DNA of 64,000 nucleotides from Camelus ferus (taxonomy: Eukaryota): contig NC_045697.1 in the NCBI RefSeq assembly GCF_009834535.1, positions 111,106,001-111,170,000 of the forward strand, given 5' to 3'. The notes beneath the pieces were generated by a model that saw only the letters and a program-made list of their open reading frames with translations, did no database searches and was not told the DNA's origin. The stretch's first letter is position 1. Every line of letters starts with the position of its first letter. Made by a program: the position numbers and the translations under genes. Shown piece by piece: positions 49,491 to 63,068 of this stretch.

Positions 49491-51649
49491 CATGTTAGAT
49501 GAAAAACATCAGTTACTTGGACTATGCCTGAATTCCATACTCTGAGCACACACCACCGTATAACAATCACTGGGTAGTGTGTGTACTGAATCCTGAATTA
49601 TTCCTTTAGTGGGGCACCAATGTGGTACCTCAGCTGTGCCTTCAACAAGTTGTCTAGTTATTCCGACAGCCTGATGGCTTCTAGGGGTGTGGCATGGGAT
49701 ACAATCACTAAATCTCATGGTCATGTGCCCTCTGCTTCACTTCCTTTGCTGTTAAGTGAGTCCCCACCCCCTGCCCTGCAATGTAGCTATAGGAGTGAGC
49801 GGAGGGAGAGAAACTGGGGCAGCAATAGTAGATGGCATGGGGCTCCCGGAGTTCTGGGCTACCTGCCTGTGCCGCTTTTCTTGTGTCCCCCAGCCCTGCA
49901 TGTGCCTGATCCCAGATGTGCCATTTCCACAACCTCCCAGGAGCTGAGAGCTGTCTGTCAGCCGCTGTCCCAGCAGCTAGGAAAAGTGGTCCTTCATTCA
50001 AAAGAGAACTGAGAAGTACTTCACAGCACCCCCTGCCTGCCTCAGGGATTTCAGATGCTAATTCAGTGCTTCCTCACTGTGCCTGGCACAAGGATCACAA
50101 TTTTACCCTCTTTCAGAGTAGGAAGCTGAGATGCCGAAGATTCTTTCATGGAGCTGCCTGACATATCTCATCTCTGGGTTTCTGCAAATGAAGCCACACA
50201 GCTCTGTGGAATAAAGAATCCCTCTGACAGCTATTTCGTTTACTCTAAATCCCTTCTGCACGAAGTGCACCCTGCCGGTTCTCTTAACTGTGCATGTTTC
50301 CCCGACCACCACCCTCCCCTGTACAAACTCTAGTTCATCGATGTCCTTCCTAAACTTTGATGTGGTTTCTCAGGAGCAACTATAAAGCAGAGACTACCCA
50401 ATTCTGCATTTTACAGCTGGTATTTAAAAATGATGGCTAATGCTCTGCAAATTTTACTCCTAAGTAAATGTCCTTGTCTTAGATTTGACCTCTTGCTCCA
50501 GGCTATAAAGGTGCTTGAAACTCAGTGCTGGGATCCAAGCTCTTATTCAGCTGAGTGAGCTATAAGGAGCCCTCTGCTAGTGTGAGAAGTGTTTTCAAGT
50601 TGTGACTTTTACCACTTACTAGCTCTCCTTTACAGGAAGAGAGTGATAACATTGTTAAACCACTGGAATTCTGTTAAGGTTATGGAATTAAAGTCTTTAG
50701 CAAACTTTAGCATCATGCTAGTTTTGGTTTATTCTCATCAAATGGTAGCACATATCAAAAATGCACTTCCGTTTTAGTAACTAATCTTCAGTTACATAAA
50801 AAAATAGAAGCCCAAGGACCTTCAGACCACTTACCTACAAAAAACAAAAAAAGGAAACTTGAACGTCTAAATACATTTTAACCCTTTCAGGTGGGCTTCT
50901 GGGTGGCCTTGAAGTGCATGTTAAGAGACCACCCACAGCTGACTCAGGCCACTAACCCATGTTTTGAACATGCTTGTCTTGTCCTACAGCCAACTTTTTT
51001 CATTTTGTTCAAGATGGTATCATAGGATGGCCCTTGCTTCCTTCCCGTCATCTCTGACCCGAAAGGGTTGGTCTCGGCTCATGTTTGGATCTGAAAAGCA
51101 GCTGGTCCCAGAGAAAGAGAAGAGCCCAGGGGCCTGCTGGAGGCTGTGAACCACCGCCCGCTCCTGCTGCCTGTCCTCGTGGGAATAACCAGCGCCCCCC
51201 TTTCCAAGTATCCTGCATCTCAAACACCATCGCTAAAGAAGTATGTGGGTGAGTCACACTAAACATTATTCCCTCAAAGTTATAGTAATGCCAAAGTGAG
51301 CATCTAAACAGATGGCAAAACTGCTGCCTTCTCCTGTAATTTATTTATTTTTTTTAACATAAACCACCATTTCTCCATAAATCACAATCTACTCGGTGTT
51401 GCCTCCTCAATCAGCCATGGCCCACCCTAAGCCTTAGTGGGAAGGCCTTTCATTGTCGGCCTTGGAGATGTGTGGCTGGTACAGCGGAACCACTGACCCT
51501 GAGCCTGCACATTCATGATGGTGACGTTCAGTCCTTCTGCTGGTTGAAGTAGGCTTGGAAACCTCAGGAAAACTGGCAGCTTCTGTCATCTCTCTAACGT
51601 GGATTTGACTGTTCTAAGTTACACATCTAAGTACACCTAAAACTGGAAG

Positions 51650-51845
51650 GTATGTGCATTACGTGTATGTGTGTATATATCATATGCATGCATTTATCCA
51701 CATACAAATTTATCCACATATGCATTTATCCACATATAAATTTATGTGTATACAATATGTGTATATATATGTTTGTGTGTATATGTATTATATACAACTT
51801 CATTTCAAAGTTAAATATTATATATTATACTATATAGGTATATAA
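51650..51845. repeat. (TA/TG)-rich low-complexity tract containing a 16-bp-period minisatellite
   Basis: atttatccacatacaa atttatccacatatgc atttatccacatataa atttatgtgtatacaa at 51692-51755. Confidence 0.9.
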
Positions 51846-53721
51846 AATTTCAAAAACCAGTCTACTTTGTTTAGACTTCCTTATTTCAGAGAGGAAATTG
51901 ATAGCAAAGAAAAACAAAAGAAGACAGATTTTTCTTGGCCCCTTCATTGCTGATGATAAAATTCCGTAAGGAAGGAGGGTGGCAGGGGCTCCCAATGCCC
52001 TTTTTTGCTTCTTGCTCTTCTCTTGAAATAAATCCTGAAAATGCCGCAGTGAGCATTGCAGTTCCATCACTTTTCCTAAAGCAGGTGAGCTCTGGAAGCA
52101 TTTGCCCCTCGGCGGTGTGGAGACTCGTAGTTTCTCGGCTCATCTGTCTTGTTAACTGGCACCTAGTAGCACGCAGGAGAGTGGCTGGTCAGAAACAAAT
52201 TGGATACATGGAGAAAGAGTTTAATTATTGCTTTCAAACTAAATTATTAAACCGCATGTCGTCTGAAAGAGCCGAAAGACTGAAACAGACATAAATCAGC
52301 CACCACCTACGCATTTTCCTTCATTACCTTTTCTGTTTAGACTGTTTCAGTATTTTTGCTCAGTTTGAGTAACGAAACAATTCATTGGTTTCACTTTTAA
52401 AGCAATGCTATTATAAACGTGTAATCTAACTGGATAGCATTCTGAAATAGATTTTATGTATTAAAGTGTGTATTTTTAAGGCAATTCCTGGTTAATTCAG
52501 GCAATGAAATCTACCATGTATACCTGAATGATTTTAGTGTATTTTACCTTCCACTGAAATTATTTCTCAGAAATCTTTCTATTAATTTGATTTAATTTTT
52601 ATATTTTAAGAAACTAAAGTTGTGATCTAAAAGATAAGAATACTTTAAGCATACATTAGCTTACCATGAGAGTTAAATAGAAAAAGTAAGTGCCTTGAAA
52701 TATTTTCGAGTTTGGAATATCTGAAGTTAACACACTTGGCTTTTGATATTTTGGAGAGAAATGTTTTTTCTTAATGTATAATTAGATTAAAAAAATAGAC
52801 CTTGATCATTTCAGTCCTATCTAGAAATTTTAATTAAAGGTAATACATAACAAAAATATAAAAGATGTTAAGAACTTTCATATAGCAAAATTATCTTACA
52901 TCCCTATGTGACTGCAGTTAGCTGGAGAAAGCAGTCTCTCCTTTGATCCAAACACCGCTGAAAGTTTTATGATTCACTTGGATTTACTAATGGTGAAAAT
53001 AGCTTTGTTTCTCTTTTGGATCATTTCCAAGTTACTGTTAATTAATATCTACTTTGTAAAGTTATTGATTTTTATGACTCAGACTTTCTCTACCTGGAAA
53101 ATGAAGTATACATTACTGTCAGAGTCAAGGACTGATAGACAAGATTTGAGTTTTGCAAAGCAATAAGATAAGGGATTTTCAGAAGGGTCTGGCGTGGAGG
53201 CTGGAAGAGAGGAGGGAGACATTGATCTGACTGTGGGAGCAGTGCACAAGGGTGCGTGTGATCTGCTTTCAGAGGGTCCCTTACGTCCAAACCAATATTT
53301 AACATCTCCTATAGATGTGTTGCACTAGTAGAAAAAGAATCAACCTTCTACTGCCCGTGTGGGTGCAGAGGATCTGCAGTGTCCCCTGACCAGCCAGTGT
53401 GGTTGGAGCCAAGGGGTCTAGTTTACTATAATCTTGTGCCTCACAGATTGACAAAAGCTTATTTTTCCATTTCAAATTTATCTAAGTTTAGTCTTCAAAT
53501 GATTTTTCCTTAAAAGTTTCAGGTTTTCATCAAAATATTTATATTTTTCTGGAAAGATGGAGACTACCTAATAAAAAAATTAATTGAAAAACTACACATT
53601 ATTAATTGCTGTGCTCTAAGACACACTCTTATTTAAGGATGTATGTGCATACTGGATAGTGGTTTTTAAAACTACATTTTGTTCAATAATGGTATTTACA
53701 TTTTTGCTGATATAGAAGAGG

Positions 53722-54150
53722 AAACAATACTACTCAACCATAAAAGCAAATAAAATAACGCCATTTGCAGCAACATGGATGGACCTAGAGATGATCATTC
53801 TAAGTGAAGTTAAGTTAGGAAGAGAAAAATACCATATGATATTGCTTATATGTGGAATCTTAAAAAAAAAAAAAAGGACACAAATGAACTTATTTACAAA
53901 ACAGAAACAGACTCACAGATGTAGAGAACAGACTTGTGATTACCAGAGGGTAAAGGGAGTGGGAAAGGAAAATTAGGAATTCGGAATTTGCACCTCTTGG
54001 GAGTGATGGAAATATTCACTATCTTGATTGTGGTGGTGGTTTCATGGGTGTATACAGCTATCAAAATTCATCAGGTTGTACATTTGAAATATGTGTAGTT
54101 TACTGTACAGGAACCATATCACAATAAATGCACTAAAAAAAAAAAAAAAA
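53722..54150 (+). mobile_element. Chimeric L1 insertion: young L1 ORF2 end/3'UTR (53722-53992) fused to an L1MC-like tail (53993-54134) and poly(A)
   Basis: ORF 53779 (MDLEMIILSEV..YHMILLICGI); UTR switches after ggaatttgca; A16 tail; aagagg flanks at 53716-53721 and 54149-54154. Confidence 0.8.
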
Positions 54151-54345
54151 GAGGCCGCGTGGTGTATGTACACAGGGCTAGAATGGGGACCAGGAATCCT
54201 TGGTGGCTGTTTTAGTTTTGTCATTAACCAGCTGCATGATCCTATAAAAGTCTTTGATCCTCTCCAAGCTTCAGTTCCCTCATTCATAAAATGAAGACCA
54301 TAGACTAGATGACTTTGAAAATCTCTTCCATTTCTAATAATTAAG
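54151..54345 (+). mobile_element. MIR SINE
   Basis: cctctccaagcttcagttccctcattcataaaatgaagaccatagactagatgactttgaaaatctcttccatttcta. Confidence 0.75.
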
Positions 54346-55337
54346 GCCCCTAATTCCACTGTGATTCTTAAAGGTAGATTTTAAATTACTTTATGGTCTA
54401 TTACACAGTGGTTTTGAAATAAAGAGAAGGCACTGACTAGCATATATCCTCATCCTTGGCATGGAAATCTGTTCTGTAATTAATTCCAAAATATCTTTCT
54501 CAGATTCTCAGATGATGTTCTCTTCATATGGTAAAAAAAAAAAAAAAAGGTAGTAAAAATAAAAATGTTATATTACACTATATTAATACTAGAAATTATT
54601 TAACATACCCCAAAACTTTTATGTTATATCTGTAAGAATTTGTTGAATCATTAATACTGATTTTTAATAGAAAAATTTTTTTTTTAGTGGAGGATCTAAG
54701 AAAGATTTTGAAGAGAAAGGGAAAGAACAATATTTGGCAAAAGTGTAGCAAATGGAGAAAACATTTCCTAAAACAGCCTGAATCTGAGAAAACCAGTCCT
54801 ACGAAACAAACAAACAAACAAACAAACAAAAAGTCTGACTTTCCTAACACCAGCTCCTCGTGGTAAGGACCTCCTAGGATCTCATGCCTTTACTGGGGGC
54901 CTTATTTTTATTTATCTTATGCCTTTGAATAAACTTATTTGGAGGATTGAAATTCATGATACAACTCCTAAGGTTGGACCTGTCCCAAGGCAAAGCTGTG
55001 GTGGATGTGTCTTTGTACTCCAGTACTTTTAGTGAAAGCATTTTGACTACGATAAAACAGATCAGTTTCCTACTATGCTTAACCAAAACTACTTGTCCAG
55101 TTCAGCTGACAGTTGCTAATAAAACCTTCACAAGACCTCCATCACTCAATTCTCTAAAAATAACTTCATGTGTTTTTTTTATAGTTTTAGTTGCCTAATA
55201 AAATTCAGCATTCTGTCACATTATTGAAGCTTCATTCTATAAAAAAGAATACTCAGTAATAAAATGTGTTCTCAGCAATGGTATAAAATAGGATTTTAAA
55301 ACGATCATTGATTTAGTTATATAAAAACATCAGAAAG

Positions 55338-55593
55338 GGTGAAGGAGAGGGAAGAGACAGACTGGGAGTTCAAAACTTGTAGATACTGATAGGCATATGC
55401 AGAATAGATAAAACAAGATTACATTGCATAGCACAGGGAGATATATACAAGATCTTGTGATAGCTCACAGCAAAAAAAAAATGTGACAATGAGTATATGT
55501 ATGTTCACGCATAACTGAAAAACTGTGCTCTACACTGGAATTTGACACAACATTGTAAAATGATTATAACTCAATAAAAAATGTTTAAAAAAA
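55338..55593 (+). mobile_element. Young camelid-type L1 3' fragment, apparently carrying a 3' transduction to about 55710
   Basis: Matches the other young L1 ends; AATAAA 55573-55578; TSD candidate atcagaaag at 55329-55337 and 55715-55723. Confidence 0.9.
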
Positions 55594-56491
55594 CAAGAAC
55601 AGTAATATAAATGTTTGATACGAGAGTTTTCCACAACTGTTTTTTACATCTACCTACAGAATTTTACATTAAAAAAAGACAAAAACTTTTATCTCAAAAA
55701 AAAAACCCAGAAAAATCAGAAAGAGCTCAAAACTACATAATCAGGTTATAAAAATCCTTTGACTTTGTTCTTTTGTTGGCTTATTAACCTTGTACATAAT
55801 TTGTCCATTTTCCCTACCCCTCAAACACAAAACAGAAGTTAAGATTTGGACTGCAAGGTAAATTGTAACACAATGTAGTATAGAGAGTTACACGTGTACA
55901 AAATGCATCAGACGTGTCCATAACCAACAGCTTTAATTTTACCTTCTTTGTCTCAAATATTTCTCTCAAGTATTCTTTCTTGTTTTTGTCCCCTGTGACT
56001 AAGCACTGAAAATTTAATTGAGGATTTGTAAATATTCCCCACCCCTGATAAAATCTGATCATTTGTTTTTCTCACACTGTTTAGAACATGTTACCAGTGC
56101 AATGCCAGGTTCAGGCAGAAACCGTTTAACAGCATAGCCAAACAAATCGTAAGAGAGAGAAATGAGCTTTTAAAGAGTGCATATTAACTAACTCAGAATG
56201 GGATTTATTTTTTTGAAAGGGTCCCTATTTTCAGTTAGTTTCTCTCACAGTGTGCTCTTGAGAGTCTTATGAAAATGTAACAACAAAAAATCCTTCAAAA
56301 AATTCTTTCAGGAATGTTTTTCACTGAGAATAAATGTATCTTGACACTTAACATCATATGCTTTCCCGAAGGGTTTTTTCCTGTACACACTTGAGGAGTA
56401 CGTTCAAAATATTTCGGTCCAGGCACTGCCAGCCAGACCTGCCCAATTAGAAGCAATGGCCAGTGTAGACCCCCTGCTGCAACAGGCCTTC

Positions 56492-57037
56492 ATTCTTTTC
56501 TTTTTTTTTTTTAATTTGAAGTAAAGTCAGTTACAATGTATCAATTTCTAGTATACAGCATGTTTCAGTCATACGTATATATATACACACACATATATTC
56601 ATTTTCATATTCTTTTTATTATTATTAGAAGATTATTAGAAGGTATTGAATATAGTCCCCTGTGCTATACAGAAGAAATTCATTTTTTAATCTATTTTTA
56701 TGTATAGTGGCTAACATTTGAAAATCTCAGGCTCCCAAATTTACTCCTTCCTACTCATTTTCCCCCAATAACCAAAAGATTGTTTACTGTGTCTGTGAGT
56801 CTGTTTCTGTTTTGTAGATGAGTTCATTAGTATCTTCTTTTTTCTTTTTTTACATCCCACATATGAGTGATATCATATGGTATTTTTCTTTCTCTTTCTG
56901 GCTTACTTCACTTAGAATGATGATCTCCAGGTCCATCCATGTTGCTGCAAATGGCATTATTTTATTCTTTTTTGTGGCTTAGAAGTATTCCACTGTATAA
57001 ATATACCACAGCTCCTTTATCCAGTCATCTGTTGATG
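56492..57037 (-). mobile_element. Young camelid-type L1 3' fragment
   Basis: Poly(T), then gtcagttacaatgtatcaatttctagtatacagca...cccacatatgagtgatatcatatggtatttttctttctctttctggcttacttcacttagaatga...ttatccagtcatctgttgatg. Confidence 0.92.
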
Positions 57038-58829
57038 CTTAAATGAATGGATCTGGGAGGTGGGGGTGGGGGATGGGAGCAGTGGAGGCAGAAGAGAGTG
57101 TTTCCCAACCTCTCTGAAAATATTGCAATGATTTAACAAATTTTCAGCTGGTAACTATCTACCTGAACCAGTATATTCTCAGTCCTGTATTAACTGAAAG
57201 TGTATCCTTCAACATTATTCTCATGGTACTCACCATGGAAATTTAGAAATTTGGGTATTTTGTTTACCAATTTATCAAATATTTCTTAAAGATGTAGTGG
57301 GTGCCAGGCTAGGCCCAGAAGAAAAGAAGATTATCAGGGCAATCCTCTGCAGAAGTTGTACAAAGGGGGGAACTCATATAAAGTCTAACAGCTAAATTTC
57401 TTACTGATGCTCTTCTGTCCAGACTGTGTTTCTGTTACTCTACATCTTCTGGAAATAAAAGAGGAATGATCAAATACTATCGTCTCAATCTAAAATAAAG
57501 TCAGTTTGACTTTTCTATATAAAACTAGAAAAATTGATGTTTCAACTCTTCTGCATCCATTCCAGACAGATCTGCTGAGTTCCAGAAAGTCTGACCCATA
57601 GTCCTTAGACCCTTCTGTTGGCTCTGTCCCATTGGAGGGCATTCTTGAAGACATTCAACTTCGGCCAAGTGTTCTGTAGGCTGCCTTCTAGCGACCCTGG
57701 GAACCAACCTCCTCACCAACACAGAACATTCCAGGCCTTTCTGACCCAGGAAGGCTCATTCGGGCTCAAGAGGAGAGTGCGTGTCTCTTGAATGAAACAT
57801 TTCCTGTTTAAAGATAGGCGCCCAGTTTTAAAGCTGGGGCATTTGCACACACAACAGCTTTCTGTTTGTTCCTGTCTCTTGGGAGCCTGAAAGCTCAGAG
57901 CTAAGGCACCGATCTCCGGACCTAGAAAAACAGCTTGGGAAAAGAAGCCACTTCTTCCAAAACGCTGCAGATTAAACAATGTTTAGTCATCAGTAAGTAC
58001 TTCAAAATACATATTCGTTTACATTAACATTATATAGAGAATTATTGTTTGTCTTAGAGTTAAGATCAGTGATGGATAAAAATTAACCAAAGTAAACTAA
58101 GACCCGAGTGTACATGTTAATGGAGGGGTTATCACACAAAGACGGGGCATGAAACCAAGACAAATCCTCAGTTTAACCTGAGCAGCCTTCGGAATTGGTC
58201 CACGTGTCATGAAGCACAGCAAGCACTTTTCTTTCTTCCTCTAAGTGAGAATAGATGCATACTGGCCACCACTTGGTAAATAGTACAGCCGGTGTTCAAG
58301 CCCCAAACCAGTATGAATTGACCCCTGCAGTAGCAAGATTCAGTGAAATGGAAAGAACACAGTTCATCTTTTCTTGCCTCTCAGTTTTGCGGGTTAAGTT
58401 GAGGAAAAACCTGATGAGTCGTCTACAGCAGATCTTGACACCATGGTAAAAGTATGTGGCCCTTTAAAGTGTGTGGTAAGTTCTCCTCTGTGTAGGGGTG
58501 TGTGGGGGGTGTTGGAGGATGAACAGAGGTGCAGAGCAGTCCCCCATTTGGCAAAGAGCAAAAAATTAGAATCAATCACAATCAGTGTTTTGAAAAGTGG
58601 AAGGATCTTTAGTACATATTTTAAGTCATAAAGAAAAATTATATATGACATACAATTACTTTGTTTTAGGGAACTGTGTGGCTCAAAGGAATCCCAGAAG
58701 ATCTGAGAAAGAGAAACTCTTCTCCCCAGGCCCCTCTATTTAAGGCCAGAGCCGCCCTGTTCTGACACAGTAGAATTATCAAGCTTTTGGAAGATAACTC
58801 CTTCACATGGAAACTTGCTATAAGCAAAA

Positions 58830-59050
58830 ACTACACAGTGGATTTAGAAAACTTAGGACACACACAAAATAATAATGTAAGAGATTTCATTAATAATTTT
58901 ATATTGATTGTATTTTGAAATCATATTTTGTTATGAAAATTAATTTCACCTTTTTTAGAATTTTTTAACATGGGTAGTAGAAAATTTGAAATTGCACGTG
59001 TGATTCCTCTTTGTGCCCCTCATTATATTTCTGTCAGACAGAACTGTTCT
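58830..59050. mobile_element. MER33-like element, opposite orientation to 14870-15208
   Basis: aaaattaatttcaccttttt...tttaacatgggtagtagaaaatttgaaattgcacgtgtg...attatatttctgtcagacag. Confidence 0.75.
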
Positions 59051-60916
59051 ACATTAGCTTATTATGCCCAGAGGGAGGTAACTAATTGACAGGTGCTTCA
59101 TGAAAAGATAGTGGTACTTACCAGACTGGGTCAAGAGTTCCTAAGCAGACGATGATGTCTTCCTGAATAGTAGAGACGTTTGCTTTAAATCTTTGGCATT
59201 CCCTCTGGTTTTGGACCAGACACAGTGTTGAAAATCAGTGCATCTGATTAGTACTAGTATCTCAGGGCAGTTATCAGATGGCAGCCCTGGACTGGGTCAA
59301 TAGAGGAGACTAAAATCATTCTTAACACTATTCTCGTGAAGTCCCAATGCTGATCCTTTACAAATGAAGATTCCAAGCTTAAACTGTGTTTGAGGGAGAT
59401 GCCAGAGAAAGCTAAGGGAATGAGAAGAGGGAATGAGAAGAGCTGGGGAGATGATTGGATTATAGCTAGGGTTGTGTGAAAGACAAGAAACCCATTCTTC
59501 CCAAAGGCTTGCTTCATGTGGGGCCGGGGGTCCTTTGGGATCTGGGATCAGGGCAGGTGATGCTTTGGGAATGGGATGGGGCATTGGGGCTGGTCTAGTG
59601 ACGGTGAGGGGTGGCCTGTGGCCCCACAACCTTTGTCCGTCCTCCTTTGGCTCCTTGATTCCCATTCCACATCCTCGTGGATGCTTCTCTATAACTGAAA
59701 GAAAGATTCTTGACTATTGGCCAAAAGATAAAGAAATAAGTTACCGTGTAGTCAAGAAATAAGCCTGACTTAAGGGAGGAATTCAGGAATGACAGTAAGT
59801 TTGTACTTCCTTCTCTGAACTGTTAGAAAGATGCTTCCGAGAACAGGGATTTCCCTGCATTATCGTCCAGTTGGCTCCCGGTACCTTCTCCTGTGCTCTC
59901 GCTGTCAAATTTCACCAGAACTGACACCAACCTAAGAGAGTAAGACAGTTGAGGCTGGGAAAACGAACTGTCTCAAATCCTTTGTCCTACTTTCGATGCT
60001 GTTTGCATGTGTTTTTATTGTTTCTTGCCCTTGCTCTCGCCATTCCTGTGGCCACCATGGTGTGACACTGCTCCGCAGGGACTCCGGACTTCTGGGCTCA
60101 CTCAGCTCATTAGTCAGTGACTTCTTGGAATTGGTTATTCATCAGGCATTGAGCTATTTCTGCTCTGATGCTTGTTTTTGGTCTCCTCTGCTTTTTTTTT
60201 TTTTTTTTTTTTTTTTTTGGCCTGCCTCTTTACTTTCCCCTCAAGCCATTGCCACCCATATCTCTACATAGATTAAATTAATAAATTAGCCTGCCTCCTT
60301 TTGCAAATGGAAAAGTAAGCCTGCATGTTGGACATTTAATTTTTGCTTCTCCTTGTCAAATAGGTAGCACAGGTCTTCCACACACCTGTTGTATCTGTAG
60401 AAGCATGTAGTTTATTATTAATTTTAGACCTTATGCTTTTACGCTTTGGGACTTCAAAACTATGATTCCTACTTCATTTAAAGTTATAGATATTTAAACT
60501 TTGGCAATGAACCTTCATGAAAAAAATAGATTTGAGTTATCCTCTGAGAAGAGGCCACCGTTAAGAGGTTCGGCATGAAGCACTTTTCTCAGAATTTGTA
60601 AGACAAGCCGTCTTCTCAGTTCACATACATCACTGGGACGAGTGACATAGGGCTTCTGTGACTCTGCATAAAAATATTACTAAGCTTAGAGAAGCAGGCC
60701 TGTGAAGGAGTGAAATAAATATACTAGCAACTGCCAAAATTAAAGACAGAGCCTAGAGAAAGGTTCCTGCCAACATGCCATGTAATTTATTACTGGAAAT
60801 GATTCCCAAATCTGGAAAAAATATTTGAAATCTGCACTTGAGGTAAACTGAGGGATCTACTTAAATTGCTTAGTTTTATTAGAATAAACCCATGACATTT
60901 TCCTATTCAGAGACAA

Positions 60917-60939
60917 CTATATATATATATATATATATA
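60917..60939. repeat. (TA)n microsatellite
   Basis: Direct reading. Confidence 0.95.
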
Positions 60940-63068
60940 CACCATCATAAAACACATAGATAAAAATAAAAATGGGACAATAATGCCACATGGCGACATG
61001 CGTATGTGTGGCTGGTAAGGCTCATTAACTAGTAAAGTGATTAATGTCTTCCAGTCTCCAAAGACTAGACTCCACATAATTATAAATTACTATATTCCAT
61101 AGATCTCTGGGCTCACTCACAAGAGAGGTTCAAATGTTAAGTCCACAATTAAAGCAAGCATAAAAATAATTTTGCCATTTTTGAAAATTTACTTGAATGT
61201 GGGATATAAAGGCCAGCATAGCCTTGCTGTTGGTCAGGATGGCCGAGGGAAGCATCAGCCTGCACCCCATCACACTTGTAACCCTCGTGACATCCGCTGA
61301 CACCGTGGATCAGATCTTTGAGGCTACAAGCGATAAAAAGACAGACCCCACGTATTTTGGGATTCACTGTCAGGAGGGCCATTTACCAAATGCTCCTACG
61401 TGAGAGTCCAAGTTCACTGTTTGGAACGGGTGTTGGTAGAACCTCAGGATATGCATGGAGTTCCTGATGGGGGTTCTAAGAAAGTACAAATTTAATTCAC
61501 CGAAAGGTCTTTGCAAAGGTTTTCAAATGCCAAAAAAATATCCAATTTGTCCTGGTTAACTCTAAATGTTAAGCCTCTACAGCGGGGGTGGAGGAGCAGT
61601 TACAAACCCAAATATCTAAAGGCCCAAAATAAAACAGTACAAGTTCACATATTAGACCAGAGAACTGCGGTTGCAGCAAGAGACCAGCCTCTCTTCAGCT
61701 CCAAAGCATTATTGCCAAGGATTGTCCAATCGACTAAACTCCAAGAGAAGTAAAAAATTCCAGATTTTTAATGTGAAATTTCCTTATTATCAAAATATTT
61801 TGTTATTCATGAAAAATACATCTGTTATCTGTGCATCGACTCTCTCAAGCCTGCTGGTTCCCAGTCCCCCAACTGGGATCTGTAGATTCTTAGAATTACT
61901 AACCCTCTACTTTCTCTCCTTAGTGTGCTGAAGCATTCAAAGGCAACCACCCCTTAGTCCCCAGGAACTCAGGTCATGAACATTGTATTGAGAGGAAAAC
62001 ACACTTTCAAAATCTTATTCCTCAAGGGCTCCAGCCACTGTCTTCTGCAGCACCTCGACTGGCAGCTGCGCCCTTGAACGAGCTACAAGACCAGGGATGG
62101 CAAAACCTCATTTAACTCAGAAAGCGTTTATGAAATCATTTCCATGCGCCGGGCAGAAAGCAAGCCTGTGTGGGAAGAGTGGAGAAACAGAATTTGGTTT
62201 GCGTGGTCGGTGCCCTAAGGAGCTCATTCATATAATCATATGGAATTAAAATGCTAACAGCATTATTGTCAGATATATAATCCAATTTGTCACAAAAAAT
62301 AGATGAAAACTTTTTTTTTTCTCTGACTTAGCAAGCCTCCTGACAATTTGATTGATTTTATGCCTTTTTCCCTCTTCTTTGCCCATTATCTGAGAGAAAT
62401 TATACAGTGGAAAGACCCAAAACCTCTAATGAAAGGTTGAAGAAAAGACTGAGGGCTGGGAAAAAAATAAACCGGAATAGTTACCTCATTTATACCCAGA
62501 GACTCATTAAGGTCTCCCTGCCTTTCCTGCAAGAGGAAAACAGAGCTGTGATTGATTCATTCAGATGTTAGATTTTGCTAATTGTTACAAGCCCTAGGGT
62601 TTAGCACTGAAATAACCAACTCTTTCTGAATTACCAGGTCTCTTCAACTCTCTGCTTTACTTTGAATGAAAATATCTGCTTTCTTCATGACTCCTTCTGA
62701 ATAATTCCTGGGAAAATGCTGAAATCAAGTCTCCGATGAGACAATACAAAGTCCTAACTATTAAATGAAATCAATGGACATGATGAATATTTAACTATTT
62801 AATGATGTGTTCTCAGAAAAAGACCAAACATAGACGCTCCCAGATGGCAAAGAAGCACACTTGACTTTTGCCTATAACAACACTTGACTCGCTCACTGAA
62901 GCTTTTCAGTGGCTTCTCGTCTCCTTCGAGGGGAGGCCTTACACGGTCAGGACCAGCAGGTCCCCCAGCACAATATGCACGGTAATTTTTGCTACTATAA
63001 TGATAATCATATATGGAATAGTTTGCTTTCAGTTCAGAATTAAATAGTGACTTTTAAAATATCAATGA

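Noticed and set aside
49620..50333. Cluster of 60-130 aa ORFs
   Set aside because: No recognisable homology, splice structure or poly(A)/TSD indicating a processed pseudogene
51694..51734. Three TTATCCACA nonamers identical to the bacterial DnaA box
   Set aside because: They are units of a 16-bp-period minisatellite inside a (TA/TG) tract in mammalian DNA; no sign of bacterial sequence
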